Part shown: one piece after another, positions 55,533-64,000 of the stretch | How the letters are laid out: each line of letters begins with the position of its first letter | Numbering within the stretch: the stretch's first letter is position 1 | Assembly: GCA_043739185.1 (NCBI GenBank) | Contig: JAYUEN010000387.1 | Span: 27,518 to 91,517 of the forward strand | Reading direction: 5' to 3' | Origin: Bdellovibrionales bacterium | Lineage (GTDB): Bacteria; Bdellovibrionota; Bdellovibrionia; Bdellovibrionales; JAMPXM01 | DNA: 64,000 nucleotides | Notes under the pieces: model-generated | Database searches by the model: none | What the model saw: only the letters and a program-made list of their open reading frames with translations | Told to the model about the DNA's origin: nothing | Position numbers and translations under genes: made by a program

Positions 55533-56122
55533 TTTTCCTCAAGAACTCTTTCAATTCTTCGGTCCGGAATCAGCCACATAATCGCGACCAATAAGTAAAG
55601 CGTGAGTGCGATCCAGGTATTCCAAAAAGCCAAGCTAATAGCAATTGCATAGACCACAACAGATAATTTACCTTTGAAATCGCTTCCGATTGCTTTCGCT
55701 AATGAGGAGTTCTTTCCGTGTTCAACAATCAGTACTTGACTGAGAATAAAATAGGAAATGCCAGCCATAATCAAATTAATGCCATAAAGAGCCACAGGGA
55801 TAAATTCAAAATTTGCTTCTGCAATCCAGCCAGTCGTAAAAGGAACAAAAGACAACCAAAAAAGTAAATGCATATTTGCCCAAAGTATTCGGCCGCTCAC
55901 TTTATTAGAAGCTTGAAATAAATGATGATGACTATTCCAGTAAATTGCTAAGTAAACAAAGCTGAGCGAATAACTAAAAAAAATTGGGATGAGGGGCTTT
56001 AGCGCCGAAAGCTCTGGGCCGCGAGGGACCTTCAATTCTAAAACCATAATGGTGATGAGAATGGCAATCACGCCATCACTAAATGCCTCTAAACGACTTT
56101 TATGCATTCCTGTATTACTCAC
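55529..56122 (-). CDS. TMEM175-family (DUF1211) channel
   Basis: [30 protein letters not shown]. Confidence 0.92.
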   Translation of the reverse strand: MSNTGMHKSRLEAFSDGVIAILITIMVLELKVPRGPELSALKPLIPIFFSYSLSFVYLAIYWNSHHHLFQASNKVSGRILWANMHLLFWLSFVPFTTGWIAEANFEFIPVALYGINLIMAGISYFILSQVLIVEHGKNSSLAKAIGSDFKGKLSVVVYAIAISLAFWNTWIALTLYLLVAIMWLIPDRRIERVLEEK

Positions 56123-57368
56123 TTTGAAGCTCTCGATTCAACTTGCTTTGATCGAGCTCACCTTCCCATCGTGATATGACAATGGTGGCAACGCCATTAC
56201 CTAAAAAATTTGTCAATGATCTTGCTTCAGACATAAAGCGATCAATGCCAAGAATGAGAGCCAATCCCGCCACCGGAATCGACGGTACCACTGCTAGAGT
56301 TGCAGCCAATGTGATAAAGCCAGCACCGGTCACGCCAGAAGCTCCTTTTGATGTCAACATGGCCACGCCTAAAATTGAAAGTTGCTGTCCCAAGCTTAAA
56401 TCTATATTTAATGCTTGTGCCACAAAGAGTGCAGCCATGGTGAGATAGATATTCGTGCCATCTAGGTTGAAAGAATATCCAGATGGCACCACTAGGCCTA
56501 CGACCGATTTAGAGCATCCCAATTTTTCAAGTTTACTCATCAAGGGAACCAATGCGGACTCAGAAGATGAGGTCCCCAAAACTGTTAGGAGTTCGTCTTT
56601 AATATAAAAAATAAATCGAAAGATATTAAATCCTGTCAACTTAGCAATCGAGCCTAAAACGAGAATGACAAAGAGCGCACAAGTTAAATAAAATGTTCCC
56701 ATGAGTGCCGCAAGTGGTAAGAGCGAAGACACTCCATATTTACCAATAGTAAAGGCCATTGCTCCGCCTGCGCCGATAGGAGCTAATTTCATAATTGCAC
56801 TCATCATTCCAAAAAAGATATGGGAGGCTTCTTCAATGAATGTATGAACAGCTTTGCCCGATTTTCCCATATGAACCATGGCGTAGCCAAAAAGTATGGC
56901 TACTAATAAAACCTGAAGCAAATCGCCTGATCCGGTAAAGGCATCGGTAAAGGTTTTTGGAATTAAATGCAGAATGAAATCTACAAAGGACTGGCTTTCA
57001 GCCGCTTTAGAATAACTAGCAACCGCACTTGCATCTAAAGTTTTAGGGTCCACATTGAAGCCACTTCCTGGCCGAACCAAATTCATTACTATCAGCCCAA
57101 TAAACAAAGCGAGAGTCGAAACCACCTCGAAATAAATCAAGGCTTTGCCTCCGACGCGACCTACTTTTTTCATATCACCGGCATTTGAAATCCCAAGTAC
57201 AACAGTGCAAAAAATCACCGGGCTAATCAGCATTTTGATGAGCGCAATAAAAGCATCTCCGAAGGGCTTTAGTTTCACCGCCAGTTCAGGATTCATAATG
57301 CCGAGCAGGACTCCCAAGAAAATCGCGCAAAGAACCCAGAAGTAGAGATGCTTGGTTAAGTTTTTCAT
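56115..57368 (-). CDS. dctA: C4-dicarboxylate:cation symporter DctA
   Basis: [36 protein letters not shown]. Confidence 0.95.
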   Translation of the reverse strand: MKNLTKHLYFWVLCAIFLGVLLGIMNPELAVKLKPFGDAFIALIKMLISPVIFCTVVLGISNAGDMKKVGRVGGKALIYFEVVSTLALFIGLIVMNLVRPGSGFNVDPKTLDASAVASYSKAAESQSFVDFILHLIPKTFTDAFTGSGDLLQVLLVAILFGYAMVHMGKSGKAVHTFIEEASHIFFGMMSAIMKLAPIGAGGAMAFTIGKYGVSSLLPLAALMGTFYLTCALFVILVLGSIAKLTGFNIFRFIFYIKDELLTVLGTSSSESALVPLMSKLEKLGCSKSVVGLVVPSGYSFNLDGTNIYLTMAALFVAQALNIDLSLGQQLSILGVAMLTSKGASGVTGAGFITLAATLAVVPSIPVAGLALILGIDRFMSEARSLTNFLGNGVATIVISRWEGELDQSKLNRELQSE

Positions 57369-57610
57369 TTTAATTACTTCTCTATTTCCGCCAACTAGCG
57401 TTTTTTTTCTTTGCTCACACAAATCATAACTAGTTTAGAGTCAGTTCTAGATTCCGTCCTGAATTTTAATGAGCTTAACAATCATTAGTACGGGCACAAT
57501 CGTAAATAGTGTCGCGCCTATAATCAAACCAGCGTCCGCACGAATTACTCCAATTGCCAGATCTTGAAATTTCTCTTTCAAATTCATTGGCCCTGACAAT
57601 TGGGAGCTTT

Positions 57611-58246
57611 TCATGTTCCGTTTATCTCAAGCATTCTCTGAAATGCTGGTCTTGAATAATAATTGGATACAAGCTTCTTCAAACTTGGTCGACTTTGAAT
57701 CAGTTCATGATCTCGAATCGGATAGAGACAGCAGCCCAATAAAATATCTGCCGCATAAAATTCATCGCCCATCAAAAAAGTTTTATTGTTAAGTTCGCCT
57801 TCTAAATAATTGAGTGCGCGAGTTAGAATTTTTTCGGAGCGCGCAAGCGTCCATTTGGCATGCGCATGGTCCTTTTCATCCGTCATCGGCAAGAGAGCTA
57901 CCATTTGCACAGCATGAGCTTCAATATCGCTCATGCAAAAAAACATCCACTCCATATGTTTCGCCTGATCTTTCGATTTTTTTGGATAGAGCTTGCCAGT
58001 GGTTGAAGTCAAATGGTGAAGAATTGCAGCACTTTGAGTGAGAACGAAACCCTCTGTTTCAAGGCTTGGAATTTTTTGAAAACGATTGAGTTGAGTGTAG
58101 GTTTCATCACTCGTTTCGCCTTTCATTGGGTCAAGAGAAATTCGTTTATAAGGGAGACCGGTTTCCTCAAAAAACCAGGTGGGGCGATTATCCCTGATCA
58201 GACCTTTCAAAAATGGCCAAGGCGCTTTTGCTCCATAAAGATTCAT
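57611..58246 (-). CDS. Glutathione S-transferase family protein
   Basis: LNRFQKIPSL, QSAAIL, FYAADI, RPAFQR. Confidence 0.9.
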   Translation of the reverse strand: MNLYGAKAPWPFLKGLIRDNRPTWFFEETGLPYKRISLDPMKGETSDETYTQLNRFQKIPSLETEGFVLTQSAAILHHLTSTTGKLYPKKSKDQAKHMEWMFFCMSDIEAHAVQMVALLPMTDEKDHAHAKWTLARSEKILTRALNYLEGELNNKTFLMGDEFYAADILLGCCLYPIRDHELIQSRPSLKKLVSNYYSRPAFQRMLEINGT

Positions 58247-58402
58247 TTTTACTCCTGTTTATACATTAAATTCGATATCTTGGAATGAACACTCTTGCAA
58301 GAATATAATAAAATGTGTGGCAGGTATGTATAAAGCAAACTTCAGATTCAATATCTTTCGATTGATCCAAGTTTAATTGAGTCTTCTCTATAAGAATGAC
58401 GG

Positions 58403-58457
58403 GCCCGCAACTCGTTTTTGATTTAATGTGTTTAGAATCAAACTACGAGCCGCGGGC
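58403..58457. terminator. Long imperfect hairpin after the CMD gene
   Basis: GCCCGC..CTCGT.TTTGATT/AATCAAA..ACGAG..GCGGGC. Confidence 0.5.
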
Positions 58458-58469
58458 AACAGAGGCTTA

Positions 58470-59411
58470 CTAGTGGGCGGCTTGCCGACTCGTAAAGGCA
58501 AGTATTTGATCTGCATCTTTTTGAAAAGTCTGAAGATCAGTTTGCGGGCCGTGAAAGATCGTACTCCAATGACGAGTGAGTGCAGCTAAACTGATAGCCT
58601 CTTGCATTTCAATTTCAGTTGCGCCGTTTAAGGCTGCGGCCTTGCGATGAAAGTAAATGCAATACTCGCAGGGAATTTGCGCAGCCACGGCGAGCCCAAT
58701 TAATTCTTTTTGCTTTCCGTTGAGGGAGGTATGAGGGTTGAGTTGCACGGCTTTGAATTCACTCCAAGCACCCGCGAGTCCTGCATTTGGGAACTGACGA
58801 AAAAATTTAGGAACCAGCCCTAGAGTGGCTTCAATATCTTTATAGGTTTCTTTACTTGAGGCTGACGGATCTGCTAAAAACATAGATTCATTTGGTACGC
58901 TACCATTTGATTTCTCGATCATGCTTTTGACGTACAACATGATTTGATCTGCTTCATTTCGAAACTCGGTTTTATCCATTAAAGAACCGCTGAGAACTGT
59001 ACTCCAATGTCGTGTGATGGCCGCCATTAAAACCGCTTCAAGTTGTTCTTGTCGAGTCGCAGCTTCTGCGCTGCTTGATCTTTCATCAAAGTAAGCGATT
59101 CGACTGCAGGGGATCTGTGTTGAAACTGCAAGTCCGATAAGGCTTTTGAGTTTCACATCGAGAGCTGTGTTGGTACCAAAGCGCATAGCTTTTACTTCAC
59201 TCCACGCGCCCGGAATTCCTTGTTCAGTTAGATTTTTAAAAAAGCTGGGAACAAATCCGAATGTTTGTTTCACATCGGCAATTGAATTTTCTACTTCAGT
59301 CCACTTAAGGCTTGAAGGAATATCTTGTTGAGATTGAGTACTTTTTTTAGTTTGCGCTGTCGCTGCATTTGTATTTTCCACGCTGTCTCCGTTTTTTGTT
59401 TGGTTATTCAA
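58470..59411 (-). CDS. Tandem carboxymuconolactone decarboxylase/AhpD-like protein
   Basis: Two repeats of LIGLAV..QIPC; the second has CEYC..FH, the first has CSRI. Confidence 0.85.
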   Translation of the reverse strand: MNNQTKNGDSVENTNAATAQTKKSTQSQQDIPSSLKWTEVENSIADVKQTFGFVPSFFKNLTEQGIPGAWSEVKAMRFGTNTALDVKLKSLIGLAVSTQIPCSRIAYFDERSSSAEAATRQEQLEAVLMAAITRHWSTVLSGSLMDKTEFRNEADQIMLYVKSMIEKSNGSVPNESMFLADPSASSKETYKDIEATLGLVPKFFRQFPNAGLAGAWSEFKAVQLNPHTSLNGKQKELIGLAVAAQIPCEYCIYFHRKAAALNGATEIEMQEAISLAALTRHWSTIFHGPQTDLQTFQKDADQILAFTSRQAAH

Positions 59412-59561
59412 CAGCGTGCACTACATCAAGTTTTGTGCCGATGGGAAATAGGCTTATTTTTGACTTGAGATTTTGATCCGTGGCAAATTTACCTGAAAGC
59501 AGGGCGACCTGACACGAACGATTGGAAGAGTTAAAATAATTGAACTTTTATATTTCAGTTC

Positions 59562-60005
59562 TTAACGAATATTTGAAATCGAGTTTTTTACAATATCATG
59601 TTTTGTTTTTAAAACATTTGACACTGTCGTATACTGACGGTTTTCGTTTTGCATTGAATTTTGAAGTTGCAAATATTGCAGATTGAAACTCATTTGCGTT
59701 TCTTGCATTTGCTTCGTGGCCACCATAAGCTGGGCTTGCGAAGCCCCGCCTGCGATTCCTGCTCCAATTTGGGCGGCGGCAGTTTGCGCAGCTTTTGAGG
59801 CATCTTCGGCAAGTTGTAAAAGCTTTGAAGCATCACTCATTAATTTTGCGTGAAGCTGTAAAGTATTTTGAAAGTCTTGATCGGCCTCAATCATTAAATC
59901 ATAAGCCTGCTTTCGCGTTTCGGGCGGATGAATGACGGGCGCATTGCCAGAGTTCGAAATTGCTGACAGACACACAATAAGAGTCGCACAAAATAATTGT
60001 TTCAT
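59562..60005 (-). CDS. Exported helical protein with T3SS needle/rod-like C-terminus
   Basis: Signal-like N-terminus; LQLQNSMQNENRQYTTVSNVLKTKHDIVKNSISNIR. Confidence 0.6.
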   Translation of the reverse strand: MKQLFCATLIVCLSAISNSGNAPVIHPPETRKQAYDLMIEADQDFQNTLQLHAKLMSDASKLLQLAEDASKAAQTAAAQIGAGIAGGASQAQLMVATKQMQETQMSFNLQYLQLQNSMQNENRQYTTVSNVLKTKHDIVKNSISNIR

Positions 60006-60073
60006 AGCCGTTTTGCTAACATGACTTCAATTGAGAGGCAATGCGGCTCTATCGCAGAGCAGTTTAAAAAAAA

Positions 60074-60089
60074 TGGAACAGCTTTTGCT
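60074..60089 (+). promoter_or_regulatory. Putative sigma-54 promoter
   Basis: TGGAACAGCTTTTGCT (GG-N10-GC). Confidence 0.6.
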
Positions 60090-60163
60090 ATAGCTACTCA
60101 ATTAAGTTAGTTTCGTCTGAACTCAAAAATTGAATTCGCAAAGATAAATGCTGGAGTTGTTTC

Positions 60164-62335
60164 TTGGTAAAGATGAAAAAAAAATCGAAAAATCAGAGAC
60201 TTACAAAGAAAACTCGGGTTCACGCGAGGCGAAAATCAGAGGCCATTGTAGCCAAAAGCCGTGCCGGAATATCACCTAAAAAGGCTAAAAATAGTGCAGG
60301 TGAGAGCACAATATTGACCCGATTACAGAAGGTCGAAGCTGAACTTGCTTTAGAAATAGAAACAAATCTTAAATATAGATCAAGGGTCGGCCAGTCTCAA
60401 AGACTTGCAAAAATGGGCGATTGGGAGCGCGACATTTCGACTAATATTTTGAACTGGTCAGATCAAATTTATGAAATGACCGGCCTATCAAATGAAAATC
60501 CTGCAGAAACTTATAAAAATTTTTTAGCACTTATACATCCTGAAGATCGAGAGGCCGTGGTAAGTCTGGGCGCTCGCACCATGAGGGAAAAGCGGCCATG
60601 TTCTCAAGAGTATAGATTATTGCGGTCGGATGGAGTCAGGAGATACCTTCACACAACCTCCGATATTATTTATGACTCAAACGGAAACGCAATAAAACTA
60701 ATCGGGACAGTACAAGATATTACCGAAAAGAAGCTCTCTGAAATTGCCGAGCGCGACGCCAAATCCTTGATTGAGGCGGTCATAGAAAATATTCCTCTCA
60801 TTATTTATTTAAAAGAGCCCGCGAATTTAAACTATATTTTATTTAATCGAACCGGCAAAGAAATTTTTGGATTCGAAAATCAAGAGGTGCTTGGTGTTAA
60901 TCACTTCAAGCCCTTTAACAATGAGCAGAGGGCCCGCTTTATGTTGGATGATCGGGCAATATTAGAGGGCGCTGCCGGTGTCCACTTTTATCCTGGCGAA
61001 TGGATCATGACTGCTCAGAAGGGTATGAGACTTTTTCATAGTCAAAAAATTTGTATTCGGGGTGAAGACGGATCGCCCAAATACATTTTAGGAATTGCCG
61101 AAGATGTTACTGAACAAAAAGAAGCTGAATTGCAACGAATAAAGTTACTGGCTAGAGAAAGAGAAGCAAGAGAGCAGGCAGAAGCCGCAAGTCGAGTGAA
61201 GGATGAATTTTTGGCGGTTCTCTCACATGAATTGAGAACTCCCCTCACCACCATACTGGGCTGGACACAAATGCTCAATACTCGAAAATTTGATGAAGAG
61301 AAATCAAAGTATGGGATGACGATTGTCGAGAGAAGTGCGCTGACTTTGGGTCAGCTCATCGACGATCTTTTAGATATATCAAGCCTCAATGCAGGAAAGC
61401 TCAATCTCGAAGTTCAGAAATTAAATACTGAAAAAGTTCTGAATCAAGCAATTGAGTCTTGTCGAAGTCTTATCGATACCAAGACCATTCAAATTGAATG
61501 CTCCATTGATCCCGCCGCTCAAACTCTTTTTGCGGATCCGACACGCATTCAACAAATTCTTTGGAATTTACTGACCAATGCCATCAAGTATTCACCCGCT
61601 TCAAGTAAGATTTCAATTCTAGTGAGTCTCGATCTTGAGAGTCCTGGTGGTCAAACACGAATTCGCATTAACGATTCAGGAAATGGAATTCGTTCCGACT
61701 TTTTGCCTCATATTTTTGAAAACTTCACGCAATATGATAACAAGAGTACGAGGGCGCACGGAGGTCTGGGCTTGGGCCTTGCCATTGCAAAAAAATTAGT
61801 CGCAAGCCACAAAGGCAATATTAGAGCCGAGAGTGCCGGTGAAAATCTGGGTAGTAGTTTTATTGTAACTTTGCCGCTTCCTATTGATGACGCGAAAAGC
61901 CTATCGTCATCGAAGAAAATCCTTTCAAATTTGGCGACTCGTTCTCTCGAAGGTTTAAAAATTTTACTAGTCGAAGATGAGCCGAGTACACGGGAGGTCC
62001 TAACAGTTATGCTGCAATCTTTTGGCGCGGAAGTTAAATCCGTCGATTCGGCAGTTGAGGCCATTAATGAAATCGAAATTTTTTGTCCGGATATTTTAAT
62101 TAGCGATATCGCGATGCCAAATGAAGATGGATATAGTTTGATTCGAAAAATTCGTAGTCTAAATTCCGCATTTGCTCAGATCCCGGCTTTGGCTCTCACC
62201 GCCTATGCAGATCAAAAAGACATTCGCTATTCAATTTCAGCCGGCTTTCATTCTCATTTGTCTAAGCCAGTCAAGCGAGACGAGTTGGCCACTGCCGTAT
62301 TAAATTTAAAGCGACAACATATCGATAAAAATTAA
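60164..62335 (+). CDS. Soluble PAS-PAS hybrid histidine kinase / receiver
   Basis: IHPEDR PAS, SHELRTPL H-box, NLLTNAIKY, DSGNGI, GLGLGL; REC with VEDE, SDIAMP, KPV. Confidence 0.95.
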   Translation: MVKMKKKSKNQRLTKKTRVHARRKSEAIVAKSRAGISPKKAKNSAGESTILTRLQKVEAELALEIETNLKYRSRVGQSQRLAKMGDWERDISTNILNWSDQIYEMTGLSNENPAETYKNFLALIHPEDREAVVSLGARTMREKRPCSQEYRLLRSDGVRRYLHTTSDIIYDSNGNAIKLIGTVQDITEKKLSEIAERDAKSLIEAVIENIPLIIYLKEPANLNYILFNRTGKEIFGFENQEVLGVNHFKPFNNEQRARFMLDDRAILEGAAGVHFYPGEWIMTAQKGMRLFHSQKICIRGEDGSPKYILGIAEDVTEQKEAELQRIKLLAREREAREQAEAASRVKDEFLAVLSHELRTPLTTILGWTQMLNTRKFDEEKSKYGMTIVERSALTLGQLIDDLLDISSLNAGKLNLEVQKLNTEKVLNQAIESCRSLIDTKTIQIECSIDPAAQTLFADPTRIQQILWNLLTNAIKYSPASSKISILVSLDLESPGGQTRIRINDSGNGIRSDFLPHIFENFTQYDNKSTRAHGGLGLGLAIAKKLVASHKGNIRAESAGENLGSSFIVTLPLPIDDAKSLSSSKKILSNLATRSLEGLKILLVEDEPSTREVLTVMLQSFGAEVKSVDSAVEAINEIEIFCPDILISDIAMPNEDGYSLIRKIRSLNSAFAQIPALALTAYADQKDIRYSISAGFHSHLSKPVKRDELATAVLNLKRQHIDKN

Positions 62336-62354
62336 CCAGGTGTGCGACACTTAT

Positions 62355-62900
62355 TTATAATTGTGCTGTCGTCAGCACATATAGTCTGTGTTCAATTCCG
62401 ATATGTTCGAATGTCCTAAGAAATCTAAATTTTAGTTTTTCAATTATTTTCAGGGACTGAAGGTTTTGCGGAAGTGCAAAAGCGATTATTCTCGGCAAGC
62501 AAAGTTGTTTTATTCCGTATTGAAGAATCGCACTTGCTGCCTCCGTGGCATAGCCTCTTCCCCAATGTTTCAGTAGCAATCTATAGCCAAGTTCGATCTC
62601 GTTTTGCCCTTCCACAATATAGGGTTTTATGCCACAGCTACCAATGAGCTCATCGCTCGACTTGAGGAAAATAAGAAATTTCCCTAGACCGGTTTGTTCA
62701 TACAAATTTTGCTTCTGTTTAATTTTTTGCAGAGCTTCGGTTTCATCTTTTACGAGAAACTGGCCGGGGACAGCGAAAACATTATAGCCAATATCGGTGG
62801 CCAAATTGAGATAGTGGCCGACATCTGACTCCCGCCATTCCCTAATGAACAATCGCTGTGTTTCTAGCATTTCATTCTTATCCAATTTGTTTAAGTGCAA
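62355..62900 (-). CDS. RimJ/RimL-type GNAT acetyltransferase
   Basis: ETQRLFIR, ELGYRL, WGRGYATEA. Confidence 0.9.
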   Translation of the reverse strand: MHLNKLDKNEMLETQRLFIREWRESDVGHYLNLATDIGYNVFAVPGQFLVKDETEALQKIKQKQNLYEQTGLGKFLIFLKSSDELIGSCGIKPYIVEGQNEIELGYRLLLKHWGRGYATEAASAILQYGIKQLCLPRIIAFALPQNLQSLKIIEKLKFRFLRTFEHIGIEHRLYVLTTAQL

Positions 62901-62999
62901 TGCAAATGCAAATTAGTAAATTTGAGGACCGCCCTAACTTTTTGATTAAGAGGAATGAAAAAAGGCGTGCTCTAGAACATCGTATTAAAAACGAATCAC

Positions 63000-63815
63000 T
63001 TAAGTTGGTAGTTTTATTGCACTGATCACTAAGGCTTGAATTTTGCCTTCAATTGGTCCGGTGCCAAAGCGTTTTGTCAATGCGTCTGTTATATAGGAAG
63101 TGACTCTTTGCAGTGAGCTTGGGGCCCGTGATTCAATTTCAGAGCGCAGTATGGTTCCGGTACAAAATGCCGTTGCAATAAAATGTGGTGAAGGTGCCTT
63201 GCTCGCATGGGTAAGTGTTTCGATTTCAATTTTAGAAAATCCGGCAGCTACAAGTTCATGTCGAATTTTTACTACGTCAAAATATCCATGTGGAGTCCGT
63301 GACATGAATTTAGGGGGATCATTCGGAAAATATTTTTCTAATGCTTGCTCGACTTCTTGAGTGAAATGATTCTCTGATATTTTATCCCAGACATTAAAAT
63401 AGATGCGACCATTGGGATTTAAGACTCTATGGGTCTCCTTGTACGCACGAATGTGATCCGGAAAAAACATAGCTCCAAATTGGCAGACAACGGCGTCAAA
63501 TTTTTGATCTTCAAATGGCAGTGAAAGAGCATCGCACTGCTGCCAAATAATGCGATTGTCATGAATGTTCTGCTGAGCAAGATCTAACATCGGTTGATTG
63601 AGATCTGTTACGATTAAGTGTGCCTCCGGCAGGAGTCTTAAGGCCATCTGCTTTGTGACAACGCCTGTCCCGGCGGCAATTTCAAGTATCGATTTCGGCA
63701 ATTGGAGCGAGACACGTTTTGCAAGATCAACCGCATAAGATTCAAATATCAGCGGGACCATATAGTTTTGGTAAACTAGAGAAATCGATTCTGAAAATTT
63801 ATTATCTGATGTCAT
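63000..63815 (-). CDS. Class I SAM-dependent methyltransferase
   Basis: LEIAAGTG, TDLNQPML, FDAVVCQFGAMFFPD. Confidence 0.92.
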   Translation of the reverse strand: MTSDNKFSESISLVYQNYMVPLIFESYAVDLAKRVSLQLPKSILEIAAGTGVVTKQMALRLLPEAHLIVTDLNQPMLDLAQQNIHDNRIIWQQCDALSLPFEDQKFDAVVCQFGAMFFPDHIRAYKETHRVLNPNGRIYFNVWDKISENHFTQEVEQALEKYFPNDPPKFMSRTPHGYFDVVKIRHELVAAGFSKIEIETLTHASKAPSPHFIATAFCTGTILRSEIESRAPSSLQRVTSYITDALTKRFGTGPIEGKIQALVISAIKLPT

Positions 63816-63922
63816 AAAATACCGATATTGAAAAAAATCGCATGGAATTACTTGATATGCCTATTGGTTGAAGCAGTCAAATGGGGTCAACTTGTAAGTA
63901 TTCAAAAATGAAGGAAACAAAT

Positions 63923-64000
63923 TGGCGTTCCCAACCGGAATGGCTTCGGGCTCCTGCCCTCGTCGCTCTCGCGATTCGGCTGTTGCCTCACACTCAAATA
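63923..64000 (-). other. tRNA 3'-end fragment (Glu-like) preceded by a hairpin-rich insert; tRNA-linked repeat or att-like remnant
   Basis: Minus strand ends ATTCCGGTTGGGAACGCCA; the upstream part has hairpins GGC-AACA-GCC, TCGC-GAGA-GCGA and GGGC-AGGA-GCCC in place of the tRNA body. Confidence 0.55.

Noticed and set aside
59478..59520. GGCAAA...GAAA... as a c-di-GMP-I riboswitch
   Set aside because: It lacks the GACGCAAA element and second stem, and is on the opposite strand to the flanking genes.
249..63360. Many short antisense or nested ORFs in the six-frame track, and 3' overlaps of convergent genes
   Set aside because: They are shadows of well-supported genes with no motifs or RBS; short convergent overlaps are ordinary in compact genomes.

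Overview
Gene-dense, moderately AT-rich bacterial chromosomal segment with about 55 CDS. I found no rRNA, CRISPR array, integrase or transposase. By inference it belongs to a Bdellovibrionota-like, possibly predatory, bacterium: there are many signal-peptide and lipoprotein orphans, an FQNC lipobox, RxVAS motifs, and repeated sigma-54-type promoters in front of exported-protein genes. Recognisable genes include a DbpA helicase, glyoxalase I, YaeQ, DctA, an MBOAT/SGNH pair, an S1/P1 nuclease, a lytic transglycosylase, a DUF4178-DUF350-aminopropyltransferase-flavin oxidase operon and a PAS hybrid kinase. The most striking signal is that enzymes normally found in the cytoplasm carry Sec-type signal peptides and share a short C-x-x-[LI]-F tag. 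These are a type IB DNA topoisomerase, a C1B/bleomycin-hydrolase peptidase, a putative 2OG-Fe(II) oxygenase and a fused EutB-EutC ethanolamine ammonia-lyase. In the first three the Cys is at residue +5 of the predicted mature protein and a sigma-54 motif lies upstream; in the fourth the tag is at the C-terminus. This suggests an undescribed sorting or effector-export signal. Other oddities are a ~65-bp intergenic repeat in four copies, an ArsC-membrane-cupredoxin in-frame fusion, an AsmA-like/lipoprotein/TolB-TPR operon, an orphan protein with a T3SS-needle-like C-terminus, and a tRNA 3'-end fragment with a hairpin insert at the right edge. All family calls were made by eye from motifs; no searches were run.
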